A stretch of DNA of 64,000 nt from positions 26,166,001 to 26,230,000 of the forward strand of contig NW_024704742.1 in NCBI RefSeq assembly GCF_018977255.1. The letters run 5' to 3'. The position numbers and the translations under genes were made by a program. Below the pieces are notes generated by a model, which did not search any database, was not told the DNA's origin, and saw nothing but the letters and a program-made list of their open reading frames with translations. Within the stretch, counting starts at the first letter, position 1. Each line of letters opens with the position of its first letter. Shown one piece after another: positions 13,180 through 25,969 of the stretch. This DNA is from Callorhinchus milii. Its lineage: Eukaryota.

Positions 13180-13720
13180 ACAACAACAACAACTACTTGC
13201 ATTTATACAACAACTTGGATTTATATAGCGCCCTCCACACCGGATGGCGTCTCAGAGCGCTTCACAGTAACGGATCCCGGGCTGAGCCAGGGGGAGGGAG
13301 AGGAAGGTGACCAAAGGTGCGGTCGAAAAGAAAGGTCTTCAGCAGTGACCTGAAAATAGGAAGAGAGGAGGCGAGGCGAAGGGAGCGAGGAAGGAAGCTC
13401 CAGAGCCTCAGGGTGTAGTGGCTGAAGGCACGGCTGCCGATGGTGGAGTGGAGGATTCGGGGGACAAGGAGGAGGCCAGACCCGGTGGAGCGAAGGCAAC
13501 TATTGTGAGGAGAGAGGAGGTCAGAGAGGTAGGGGGGGCTGCAGAAGAGTGGAGGGATTTGCTTCATGTGGGGTAGCATTCCGGAGTGCTTGACAGTAGC
13601 AGAGTCTGACAAGTCAGGGGTCTTCAGGCGGGATTTGAAGATGGGAAGTGAGGGGACAAGACAGAGGGATTGAAGGCTAGGGTTCCAGAGTTTTGGGGCT
13701 AAATGACTGAAATGCCTTTT
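13180..13720 (-). mobile_element. L2 3' fragments
   Basis: LRSTGSGLLLVPR...GSRAFSH; (CAA)n tail at about 13180. Confidence 0.85.
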
Positions 13721-15149
13721 ATGAGTAATCTCAATGTATGTGATTGTAGTAGTATTGCTCAATACCACTCCCAGTCTGAAGGAATTCCAACTTGAATGAG
13801 CATTACTAAATTAGGGCGAATCCAATTAAAATTTCAATCAATTCAAAATGAATCAATCAATCTGTTAGGAAGCAAACACAGGTAAAATAATGAGCTCAAG
13901 GTCACTCAGAGCATTTGTTCATAGACATTTAAAGCACAAAAAGAGGCCATTCCTTCTGCATTAGCTCTCATAGCAAGATTTTCATTTAATTCCACTGCTC
14001 ACCTTATCCCATTACCCCTTCAAGTCTTTCTCTTTCATGTATCTGTCCACTTCCCTCTTGAAACCCAAATTTGACTCTGCTTTGGCCCGTCTTACTTGGC
14101 AGCATATTCCACATCCCTGTGCTACCAGTTTGGCTTTGGTCTTCAACAAATGCAGGATCCCATCACCATGCTTAAACAAGACTGAGAATTCCATATCTGT
14201 ATTCCACGTACACACAGAAACTTCCCTGTGTCTGGAAATTGTGTGTGCAATCTGTCTCCTTAGAGGGACTCACTCTGCTTACCTAATTACAGAAAGTATT
14301 AGATGCAGGTTGGCGAGAGCCAAGGTTTGGACCCTGTAGACCGGGTGTTATTAGTTTAACCAACTAAAACTGCATGGCTTGGAATTGAGAGCATTGTTTG
14401 GCAAGCTCCTCACTACTTGTCCAGCGAGAGCCACTCTATCCATTAGGGCTTTGGCTTGCAGGCTTAACAGGAGCTGAGTGAGAAGAATCTCATTGATCCA
14501 CCTGTCACTCCAAATCCTGCCAATGAGCTAGGTGAGCTGTGCTGTCATCCGTGATGCCCAGGAGTACTGTGTACTGTGGACCTGCCTGGCTCAGGAAATG
14601 GATTACTGGGACTGCCACAGAGGATTGGCTTGATTCTAATATTTCACTGCCCAAACACGTCACCATGGAATCAACTCAGCCTTAAAAAGACTGCTTTCCT
14701 CCCCCAACCCCAAGAGAATAGTCAGTAGTTGTCACATTTCCATTCTACCACCTGGGCTTTTTCCATCCACAGGAAAAAAACATTCCCTCCTTCCCCCTCC
14801 CCCCAAACAGCACATAAATTATGATGTCCTGTAGACTATTTATAAACTCAGTCTGTACCTATTGGTTTTCAAATGAACACTTTGTCAATACGTTTTTGAA
14901 GCTGTTAATTGGCACATCATCAGCAGCTTTCGTGGTGAATCTGTTCCACATTGTTGGTGCCAGGGGCATTCTAATCTCTATGCCCTGCAATTCTGCTGAA
15001 ATCTAGTCAGTGTTACATATAGCAGCTTTGGTGATGTGCAGTGATAAATGGGGAAAGGTGAAACATAAAACTGACTGGATTCCACCCTAAGTGAATATTC
15101 TGCTTATACCCACTATATATATATATATATACATATATATATCATAATC

Positions 15150-15510
15150 ATTCCTACATTTGATATAATGCCTTATCATGTCAAAACATCTCAAATCACT
15201 TCATAGAATTTCCTGTAAAATATAGTGACTGTGCTTCAGTAGGCGAATGAGCAGGCGATTTGCATACATCAATGTCCCACAGCCATGAAATGAATGATTG
15301 TTTTTTAACCTGGAGGACATGGGATCTTTAACGTTCACCTGAACAGATTGAAGTTAATATCTTGGTTTAATGTCTTATTCAAAGGATGGGACCCCAATTT
15401 TGAGGTGGAGTGTCAGCTCTATACTGTGAGTTCAAAGTCTCAATGTGGGGCTTGAAACCACAATTTTCTAACTCTCAGATGAGAGCACTACCAACTCAAT
15501 TCGGCTGACA
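15150..15510 (-). mobile_element. Degraded DeuSINE-like element
   Basis: Reverse match to the 49815 copy. Confidence 0.65.
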
Positions 15511-15689
15511 CTTGATATCGCCTATACTCTATGTGCCTCATCATATAAAGTCCTGAAATTTTACCCATCCCCCACTTTCATTTTTCTAACAAGTTCTACT
15601 TTGTGAGCTGAATGGGTGTGTGTAGAAGTTTGCCTGCGTGTCGGTCAATGTTTGCTGACAAAAATAGTCACTATGCATGAAGGTAATTA

Positions 15690-15991
15690 GTAATAAAATA
15701 ATCCTTGCATTTGATATAGCGCTTTTCACTTCTTCTAGACATCTCAAAGCACTTCACAGAATATAATGTAAAGTGAATTGACTATATTTGTGGGTGAAAC
15801 GCGGCAACCAATTGCGCACAGCAGTGTCCCACAAACAGTCATGGATTGAGTGACCAAATTATTATTTTTTTTGAGGGATTATTATCAGGCGTGTGGAGTA
15901 AGGAAACTTGTCCACTGTTTTGCCCTGCTGGGAATCCAACCCAGGTCTCTCGCTTGTGAGGCGAGTGCTCTAACCACTGAGCTAGGACTCC
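15690..15991 (-). mobile_element. tRNA-derived SINE
   Basis: Reverse complement of the family head and tail. Confidence 0.85.
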
Positions 15992-18249
15992 ATGTGTCAA
16001 GCATTTTGAAGCATTCCAACCAAATAAGATACTACAATAATGCAACTTTCTTTCTTCTCAAAACATGGAGCTCGAAAGCTACAAAAAACATTTTATCCCA
16101 CAAGCCCATTTTGTTTTAAAATTTAAGATTGCACAGTATTGTGGAAAGCTCTTGAATTCTGTTAGCCAGTTTCTTTTCATGAACTGCAGAAAATCAGCTT
16201 CCAAATTAAGATCGAATTTACGAGTTTTCCATAATTTTAAGACACAATGGTCTGGCCAACTAAGACTGGGCGGAATTTCAATCCTCAAATCTCCAAATCA
16301 TCTTCATTGCTGTTAACACCATGTCATGTAAGGACACATAGAGCCAACAAAGATGAGAGACTTTCATCAAACCCAGCCTCCTGTAAAAGAGCAGTGCACT
16401 AACCCACTGGGCCTCTCTGCCATGAACAAAAAAAAACTCTGGACATCTAATGTGCATTAGTATTATGGGGAAAAAAATGCACTAACCTTTATCACTTCTA
16501 TTTTCACCCTAGCCTGCATTTGCTTTGCGTCGCTTTGTGAATCACTTCAAATTCATTCAGAAATTTTCTTAAGTTTAGTAATGAATTTACAAAAACTACG
16601 ACTTAAAATACCTAATCATTATTGGTCTAGATGCGAGCAAAATGAAAGCATTAACATTCCAATCTAGTGTGATGGTTAGAAAGTTGCTTTGTAGTCAAAC
16701 GTATTTCAAAGCCAAATGGAAAAACCTCAGTGCGAATAGTGTGTAAAAAGTGCAATAGGAATATAAAGTGCATCTCTTCCAGGAAACCCACCACCTCACG
16801 AGAAATCTGATCCCAGATGATCTCCCAACATATGCCTAAGAGCAACATAGCTAGTAATTTGAACAAGGAATCTACATGACATTAAAACCGTGACCTCAGG
16901 CTCTCGGCATTTAATACTTCTAAATATTTTATACACTTGTAGCTGCAGCTTTTTATTAACAATTACGTTATTTGACCATAAACAAAATCTGAGCAGTTGA
17001 TAACCGCTGCCAATGTCTATTATGCAATTGACTATCATGATACGGTAACTGTAGAGTGATGCACTCAATATTTATCAGGAGGCTGTCATGAAACCAATAT
17101 TTTGAGTTGCAAAGTATGCTCACAGGGAATTAAGGCGTTAGTTTTCCTTCCCCCACTCCCTCCCCACTGGATTGCTGGCTTCAATGTTGAAGTACTTCAC
17201 TGTGCTTTCAGATCAGGGAGTTTGTAGCTTTGACTTATTTGGGGTTTTAATTTGGTCAGTTTCCTGCACCACTTAAATCACAATCATAAATTGGTTATTA
17301 ATTGGCAGATTAGCTGTGAATTTTGATTTGTGTATGCAAATCTAATTTATTATTCATCAATTCAATACTAAATCAGATCACTAGCTACCAAAGGGATTGT
17401 TAACTCATCTATCCATCATGAGATGCAAAACCTGTTAACAAAGTACCACTGGAGTCGCACACAAAATGCTATCCGATCCTCTTTCAGATACTGATCTTGA
17501 GCAATCTGTCTCCTATCTCTAACAGTATTTGACAACATTGCCATTAATTTGCAGTGATATGTGGAAAAGGAGCGTAAATGGGATTTAATTAAATGAATGG
17601 AATGCTCTTTCAAAGAGCCAGGGCAGACACAATGCGCTGAACAGCCTTCTTTAGGGCTATACATTTCTATAATTCTATAGAGTAACCAAGAGGGTATCTT
17701 AAAAGGCACAGATTCTGATGTTCATATAGTGATGCTCATATTGTGTTAATCCAACATTATTTTTTCTTATAAATCATATAACTCTGAGCCACTATTCGTA
17801 AATCCCATTGTGATCAGCCACTTTTTCAACCCCAATAAATTTGTCAACTTGCATTGACTGTTGTTCTCCAAGTAAAGTCAGCAGTTAAAGTATGCTAGTA
17901 ATACCACACAAACAGCAATGGGGTGAATGACAAATTCATTTGAATGAGGAAGGAACACTGTCCAGGCCATGAAATTGTTAACATGTGTCGAAACAGGCAG
18001 ACTAGACTTTGATTTAATATGTACTCTGAAGAACACTTCCATTAGTTACCACATGCAAGTACAATTGCAAGATTCAGGTGATATACAGTTGCTCTTCCAG
18101 TTTATGCTATTTTCAAAATCTCTGCCAGTTGGTTTATATCTTTGTGATGTGCTGTAACCTATTAATAATTCTGGCTTACTCCTCCATTGGAGCTAACTAC
18201 TCTAATCCAAATTCCCTGCTCCCCATACTAATGTTACATTATAAAGAAC

Positions 18250-20545
18250 CCTTCACAAACTCCTCCAATCGGGTTTCCGCAATGACCTCCCGCAATGACC
18301 TATCCTCCTCGGGCACTCTTCTCCACAGCTTCCTCTCCTCCATTCTCACTTCCCTTGCTCCCATCTCTACCTGAACGGTCTCCTATTCACGTAAGTCACC
18401 ATGGTACATCAGCCACCTCCGCTCCCTTGGAGCACAGGTGCATGCCGCTAAACAAACCTGGTTTAAAATCAAACTTAACGTTCCATCGGCAGATCTGGCT
18501 GGACCTTATCAAATCTTACCACTCTGCCCTCGCCTCCGTTAAATCATTGTTCTACTCCAAGACAATCTTGGAGGCAAAGGACAAATCCAGGCTCCTCTTC
18601 TCCGTCACCAACCGGCTCCTCCTCCCACCCTCTCATGCCTCACCTCAAATGCCAACTACGAGGCATTGCTAGATGTGACCACATCACTCCCACCCTCGCT
18701 CGCCTCCACTGGCTCCCCATTCCCCCAGAGAATCAAATTCAAAATCCTCATCCTCACCTGCAAGGCCATTCACGGCCTTGCACCCTCGTACCTCTCCGAC
18801 CTACTATCCCCCACGTACCTGCCCGTACCCTCCGTTCCTCTGGCTCCGGTCTGCTCCACATCCCCCGCCCCATCCGCCCTACCAGCGGTGGCCGGGCTTT
18901 CAGCCTCTCAACCCCAAGGCTCTGGAACTCCATCCCCCAGAAGCCTTGCTTCCTCCCTTTCCTCCTTCAAGGCCAATCTCAAGACCTTTCTCTTCAGCCG
19001 TGCCTTCAGCTCCCCTCTTGACTCTCTACCCCCTCCTCGCTCCCTCCCTTCCCTCCTCTCACCCTGACCATTTCCCCCCTACTCGGGTCCCGACCCAACT
19101 GTCCAGGGCCTTTGGACGTCCTCCCGACATGAAAGGCGCTCTATAAATGCAATCTTGTTGTTGTTGTTGTTATTCCTCGAATCCAAAGTCGAGGGGATCT
19201 GCTCAGCTGCCTCTGCCATTCCGTCTGCTATACCTCCCCATCTCCCCCTCCCACCACAGCACCTACCCTTCCCTCCCTCCACACCTTTGAACCTGTCTCC
19301 CACTCCTATCTCACCACGACTATAACCCACATGAAACTGACCACCTGCTCCCTCGACCCCATCCCTACCCCTCTCCTTACCTCCCAGCTCCACCTCCCTG
19401 TCCCTCTACTCACAGACATCATAAACCTCTCCCTGTCTACTGATACTGTTCCCACCCCATTAAAAACCGCCATCATCACTTCTATTCTAAGAAAAAACCC
19501 TCCCTGGCCCCATCTCTACTCTCAAACTACCACCCCATCTCCAAACTCCCTTTCCTCTTCAAGGTCCTGGAATGAGTTGTTGCTTCCCAGCTTCGCTCCT
19601 TCCTCTCCCACCACTCCCTTCACAAACCCCTCCAATCGGGTTTCCGTGCCACCCAAAGCACAAAAACAGCTCTGGTCAATATTCTGTCCATCTGCGACCA
19701 GGGCTCCCTCTGCCTCCTCATCCTCCTTGACCTCTCTGCTGCTTTCGACACTATCAACCACTCTATCCTCATTCACCGCCTCTCCTCTCACCTCAACCTT
19801 CACGACGCTGTCCTTGACTGGTTCAGATCATACCTCTCACACAGCCTCCACTTCATCTCCACAAACGGTTTCTTCTCTTGCCCTCGCACCATCTTGTGCG
19901 GCATTCCTCAGGGCTCTGTCCTTGATCCCCTCCTCTTCAATGTCTATATGCTCCCTCTTGGTAACATCATCCGCAGTATGCGGATGACACCCAACTCTAT
20001 CCATGTATGCGGATGACACCCAACTCTATCTCTCTGCCTCCATCCTTGACTCCAGGAGGGGACCAAGTACAGAGCCCCGAGGAACGCCGCACAAAGTTAA
20101 CAGAATGTCTGTCGGACATCAAGTTCTGGATGAGAGCTAATTTTCTTCAGTTGAACGTCACCAAGACTGAAACTCTCCTGATTGGCTCCCGTCAGCACCT
20201 CTACCTCAGGCGCTGACAGCATCACCATCCATGGTTGCACACTCCACCTTACTAAGCCAGTCTGGAACTTTGGCGTCTTGTTTGACCCTCAAATATCCTT
20301 TCTATCTCACATCTGTGCCATGACCCGCTCTGCCTTCCCCCACCTCTGCAATATCACTCAGCTCTGCCACCGTCTCATACCGCAGGCCGCCAAAACCATT
20401 ATACACGTTTCATTACATCGAGGAAGGACTCAGAGGGCTGCGGCCTGCTTCTAATCCCCGGCCTCGCTCGCCCCACTATTGGCAGATAGACGGACCTTCT
20501 GCCTCTCTGCCCCCACCCTCTGGAACTCCATCCCACAATCTCTCT
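18250..20545 (+). mobile_element. Decayed L2-clade LINE ORF2 (RT region) with a nested younger L2 3' fragment
   Basis: Frame-broken motifs TTCSLDPIPT, LLDLSAAFDT, GIPQGSVL.P.LF, YADDTQLY, W...NFLQLN..KTE. Confidence 0.9.
18670..19172 (+). mobile_element. Nested L2 3' fragment ending in (TTG)n
   Basis: HITPTLARLHWLP..RIKFKIL...LAPSYLSDLL followed by AAAGGCGCTCTATAAATGCAA(TTG)n. Confidence 0.9.
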
Positions 20546-22088
20546 GGAATCCCAGTTATAAAGCATTCAGTCTTCATGTGAACACTTAAACTATCAATTG
20601 TCCAGTCTAATCCTGAACCTCAATAAACTTTTAGCCATTTCCATTTTGTCACAGGTACTCGAATATTCCAGATTTTCAAACCATATTTGCATCTACTTTA
20701 ATTTTAACATTAAATGGCTAAATGCAACATCAGTTCCTGTCAATCCAATACATTATTGCGTGTCGCAAAGGGCTGAGGAGACAATTATCTTTATGTGTGA
20801 TCTAGATTTAATCTAGGTCACTGATTTCAAATGCTATCACAGAAAGGAATTCTCAATCACCATCATTGAGGAGAATTCTATACTTTATATAGGCACCTTG
20901 TTATATATAGGTACATAAACACCAGCATTGCAATTACTGTGGGCAATTGATTTATGTTTTCTGATGGGAACGATATTTGCAAGCATTGCTTTAACAATCA
21001 GGTCGAAATAATCCAATACGTGGATGAATTTCGCATGGAAATCGTGCGAGCTGGTTTACCCCAATGGCCTGTGTTGAGATTATTGCTATTCATTTCTATG
21101 AATAGAATCACTGGGTGTTTATCCTGGCCATGGCGTTTTTTTTTTTGCAGCTTTCGATCATTTCTGCCTCCCATCGAAATGCATCAGCCCCTCCCAATCG
21201 TAAAAAAAAAAATGCAGCTTTCTGCAACGAAACGACCTTGTTTTATTGTGGATTTGGGAAACACAGGGATGCTGATGCGAGAACAATAACCTGAATAACA
21301 CAATTCGCCTTTTGTCCTTCATCTGTCAATGCATCTCCCCATTCGCCTCCTTTGCATCAAAAGAGGTTTCCCTGCAGGGTCTGGGGAGGGGAACCCAAAT
21401 AAACCATGGAACCCAATTTAAAAAAACAACAGCAAATGAATTGCAGGTCATTTGGGATAAACGATCGATTATTGTGCATCGTTTTATTGTGTGTTTGTTG
21501 ACCCGTTGATATAATGGGAGCAGCCCAGTCCCACCCCCCCCCCCCCCCCCACCCCCACCCTGGATTCTGTCTGGAAGCAGCATTTCATTTCCATTTCATC
21601 ACCATTGGGTTAACAGATGCCCCTATTTATCGCAATAGCAAATGCCCCTCCACACCGGGATCGGTGCTTTTTGTTTCTTTTTTTATATATATATGTAATT
21701 TTTTTAAAAAAAAAATGATGCCCACGGTAGGAATTTGAACCTATTTTGCACGAAAGAAAATGCAGATGCAGATCGATCGATTATCTTTAAAACTAGAGCC
21801 ATCGCCCCCACCCCCCCCCCCCCCCCCTATGCCTCCCTTCCTGTCTCATCTGCCTGACTCCACAGACGGCCATGGCTGCAGAGCTACTCCCCAGACCATT
21901 CTGCACACCTCCCCTCTCGTCCTTCTCTCTCTCTCTCTCCCCTTTTCTCTCTCTGTCTGTGTGTGTGTGTGTGTGTGTCTTTCTCTTTCGATGCAGTGGG
22001 GATCAATCGCTGGACAAAACAACCACTGCTTTCTTTTTTTATTCTCCCCCCACAAAGATCTGACCTCTCCAAAAACATGCACATTTCA

Positions 22089-22552
22089 TCACACACACAC
22101 AGACAAACACACACACAGACAGACACACACACACACACAGACACACACACACAGAGACACACACACACAGACACACACACAGAGACAGACACACACACAG
22201 ACACACACACACAGAGACACACACCACACAGAGACACACCACACAGAGACACACACACAGAGACACACACACACAGAGACACACACACACACAGACACAC
22301 ACACAGACACACACACACAGAGACACACACCACACAGAGACACACCACACAGAGACACACACACAGAGACACACAGACACACACACACAGAGACACACAC
22401 CACACAGAGACACACCACACAGAGACACACACATCACACAGAGACACACACACACACAGATCACAGAGACACACACACAGAGACACACACACAGACACAC
22501 ACACCACACAGAGACACACACACAGAGACACACAGAGACACACCACACACAC
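22089..22552. repeat. Compound (CA)n/(GA)n microsatellite just inside the intron after exon 1B
   Basis: ACACACAGAG-type units throughout. Confidence 0.95.
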
Positions 22553-22590
22553 AGGGAGCGCGTCGCTTCTCCACAGAGAAAGGATCTTAC

Positions 22591-22635
22591 CGAGATGCGG
22601 GCTCTGTCCTTCTCGCCTTGGTGTTGGTAGGACAT
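22591..22635 (-). CDS. CRMP1: CRMP1 short-isoform first coding exon (1B), [15 protein letters not shown]
   Basis: MSYQ start typical of short CRMP isoforms (MSYQGKK...IT); 45 nt then phase-0 donor TCG|GTAAGA, in frame with exon 2. Confidence 0.85.
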
Positions 22636-23699
22636 GTTTGCTGTGATTTTAGTGTCAAGAGCAGAGGCTGAGGTCGGGTTTCCAGCTCTACACTGGCTGG
22701 ACGGCCGTTACCTTTGAAGTATGCCCGATTTTTTTTAACCCCCCCCCAAAAAAAAACCCCACAAATATTTATTGCTGAATTTGCTGAATTGGGTGGAGGT
22801 GTGAGAGAGTGAGTGAGTGAGAGTGAGAGAGAGAGAGAGAGAAGTGAGTGAATGAGAGTGAGAGGGGCTGTTAACAGAAGGATGTGTGAGTCTGCAGCCG
22901 TCTGGACAGAGTTGGGAGCACAGCTCCTTCTAGAGGCCAAACAGCTTTATATATTTTTATTTCCCCCCCCACCCCCCAAAAAAAATGTTCTCCTAAAATC
23001 CTGTTACCTCAGGAAGCACTTTCCATTCACCCAGACAGTTATCCCTGAGGTTACGAAATGCACCAGCACCGCCCCCCCCCCCCAGTTTGACTCAAAAAGG
23101 GGCGATCAAGGGGCATATTTGTTTCATTTCCAACATGATTCCAGAGATGAACCCCCCCTCTCCCCCCCACAGGACCACAGAACTGGGTTGAGGCTGATGA
23201 AACTCGAGAAACGTGTCAAAAATGATGGATAAAACACAGTACCTAACCACTGAGTTACTGCTTTACAGTGCAATGAGGTCATTGCACAAGGTGCTCAGAT
23301 AAAAAAGCATCAGTTGTTTTTAATCTACTAAGTCATATATATATATATATATAATATACATACATTATTATAATTACTTTGTTCCCTGCGCTGTTATTTG
23401 AAAATAATAATTATAATATCCAAATGAATATCCTTTTGTATACGAAACCATCGGTGCAAAGATATGGATTTTATAAAAAAAACACTCCCTCTCATTTAAA
23501 AAAAAACGCCAGGAGCTGGATGCAGAGAACGAAAAAACTTGAGAGGAAGAATAGAGACAAGTTGCAGACTGATACTGCTTTATAGGGAGGGGTGGGGGGG
23601 CAGTAGATGAAAAATGGTAGCTGTACAGGTGATCTATGCAGCAGAGCAGGAGCCTTGTTCAGAGTGCTGTGTCTGTCTGCCTTCAACAGTTTGCTGTCT

Positions 23700-24715
23700 G
23701 GCTGCCTTGAACAGTGTGCTGTGTGAACAGTGTGCTGTGTGAACAGTGTGCTGTGTGAACAGTGTGCTGTGTGAACAGTGTGCTGTGCCTGACTGCCTTG
23801 AACCGTGTGCTGTGTTGTGTGAACAGTGTGCTGTGTTGTATGAACAGTGTGCTGTGTTGTGTGAACAGTGTGCTGTGCCTGACTGCCTTGAACAGTGTGC
23901 TGTGTTGTGTGAACAGTGTGCTGTGTCTGACTGCCTTGAACAGTGTGCTGTGCCTGACTGCCTTGAACAGTGTGCTGTGTTGTATGAACAGTGTGCTGTG
24001 CCTGACTGCCTTGAACAGTGTGCTGTGTTGTGTGAACAGTGTGCTGTGCCTGACTGCCTTGAACAGTGTGCTGTGTTGTGTGAACAGTGTGCTGTGTCTG
24101 ACTGCCTTGAACAGTGTGCTGTGTCTGACTGCCTTGAACAGTGTGCTGTGTTGTATGAACAGTGTGCTGTGTTGTATGAATAGTGTGCTGTGTCTGACTG
24201 CCTTGAACAGTGTGCTGTGCCTGACTGCCTTGAACAGTGTGCTGTGTTGTGTGAACAGTGTGCTGTGCCTGACTGCCTTGAACAGTGTGCTGTGTTGTGT
24301 GAACAGTGTGCTGTGTCTGACTGCCTTGAACAGTGTACTGTGTGAACAGTGCGCTGCGGTGTGTGAACAGTGCGCTGCGGTGTGTGAACAGTGCGCTGCG
24401 GTGTGTGAACAGTGCGCTGTGGTGTGTGAACAGTGCGCTGTGGTGTGTAAACAGTGCGCTGTGGTGTGTGAACAGTGCGCTGTGGTGTGTGAACAGTGCG
24501 CTGTGGTGTGTGAACAGTGCGCTGAGGTGTGTGAACAGTGCGCTGTGGTGTGTGAACAGTGCGCTGCGGTGTGTGAACAGTGCGCTGCGGTGTGTGAACA
24601 GTGCGCTGTGGTGTGTGAACAGTGCGCTGCGGTGTGTGAACAGTGCGCTGCGGTGTGTGAACAGTGCGCTGCGGTGTGTGAACAGTGCGCTGTGGTGTGT
24701 GAACAGTGCGCTGTG
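23700..24715. repeat. Minisatellite with core GAACAGTG(T/C)GCTG; 16, 21 and 27 bp units in two sub-arrays
   Basis: Units read directly: GAACAGTGTGCTGTGT, GAACAGTGTGCTGTGTTGTGT, GAACAGTGTGCTGTGCCTGACTGCCTT, then GAACAGTGCGCTG(C/T)GGTGTGT. Confidence 0.95.
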
Positions 24716-25019
24716 TCTGACTGCTGTGTTGAACCCAAGTGAGACTGACTGACTGACCGACTGACTGCGGCAGCGGCTGTTTGGGTGACAATTTTAAAAC
24801 CCACAGCAGCAGCTCCTGCGCAGCTCATCTCATCTCAGCTCCAATACAGTTCAGGGCCGAACAAAAGAACAGGTCCACATGAAAGTAGCGCATTGACAAC
24901 TAGAGAATGAGCCTTCACCCCCTCCCCACAGCCTCTTTGTGCTCCTTTTAATGATAAATCCTCCTCCCCCTCCCCCACGGTGAGGCTGAAATGCGACATG
25001 AATTGTGCGCACTTACAGC

Positions 25020-25275
25020 CACACTCATATACACATACACTACATATACACATATATATACACAGACATGTAGCTAAACGATCACACATATACTATATAT
25101 ACATACACACACACATACACAAACATATATATGCACACACATACATACACAAACATATATGCATATGCACACACACACATACATATATATATATCTATTG
25201 TGCACAGAAACATATATAAACACAAATGCAAATTCACACACACACACATACATATATATATACACACACACGCAG
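25020..25275. repeat. Degenerate (CA)/(TA) microsatellite
   Basis: ACACATACATATAT units. Confidence 0.85.
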
Positions 25276-25424
25276 ACAGACGCGCACTGCTGTTGAAACA
25301 AGTTTTTTTTTCTTTTGGAAGTGTTGTTACAGTTTGCCCCACGAATCATAATCCGAAAGATACACTTTTTTTAAATATTTTTTTTAAAAAGAATAAAAAG
25401 ATAATAAGGGGTGTGTGTGTGTGT

Positions 25425-25955
25425 GTGGGGGGGTGGGGTGATGGGGAGGTTGTTGGGTGGGGTGGGGGGGGTGGGTGGTGAGGTTGTTGGGTGGGGTGGG
25501 GGGTGGATGGGGAGGTTGTTGAGTGGGGTGGGGGTGGGAGGTTGTTGAGTGGGGGTGATGGGGAGGTTGTGGGGTGGGGGGTGGATGGAGGATGGGGAGG
25601 TTGTGGGTGGGGGGTGGATGGGGAGGTTGTGGGGTGGGGGGTGGATGGGGAGGTTGTGGGGTGGGGGGTGGATGGGGAGTTGTGGGAGGGGTGGATGGGG
25701 AGGTTGTGGGGTGAGGGGGTGGATGGAGGATGGGGAGGTTGTGGGGGGGGGGTGGATGGGGAGGTTGTTGAGTGGGGGGGGGTGGATGGTGGATGGGGAG
25801 GTTGTGGGGTGGGGGGGTGGGGAGGTTGTTGAGTGGGGTGGGGGGTGGGGTAGTGGGGAGGTTGTTGGGTGAGGGGGTGGATGGTGGATGGTGAGGTTGT
25901 TGAGTGGGGTGAGGGGGTGGATGGAGGATGGGGAGGTTGTGGGGTGGGGGTGAGG
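25425..25955 (+). repeat. G-rich tandem repeat (about 27 bp unit GGATGGGGAGGTTGTGGGGTGGGGGGT), G-quadruplex-prone
   Basis: Repeated runs of 4-8 G with short spacers. Confidence 0.9.
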
Positions 25956-25969
25956 TTATTGAGTGAGAA

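Noticed and set aside
21760..22671. His/Thr- and Cys/Val-rich ORFs
   Set aside because: Translations of the (CA/GA)n microsatellite; only 22591-22635 is a real exon
23700..24715. CRISPR-like repeat-spacer look of the minisatellite
   Set aside because: Eukaryotic context, spacers are not unique, no cas genes
23634..24828. Long ORFs of 139-385 aa on both strands
   Set aside because: Translations of the minisatellite; unit lengths of 21 and 27 keep frames open; no splice or homology support
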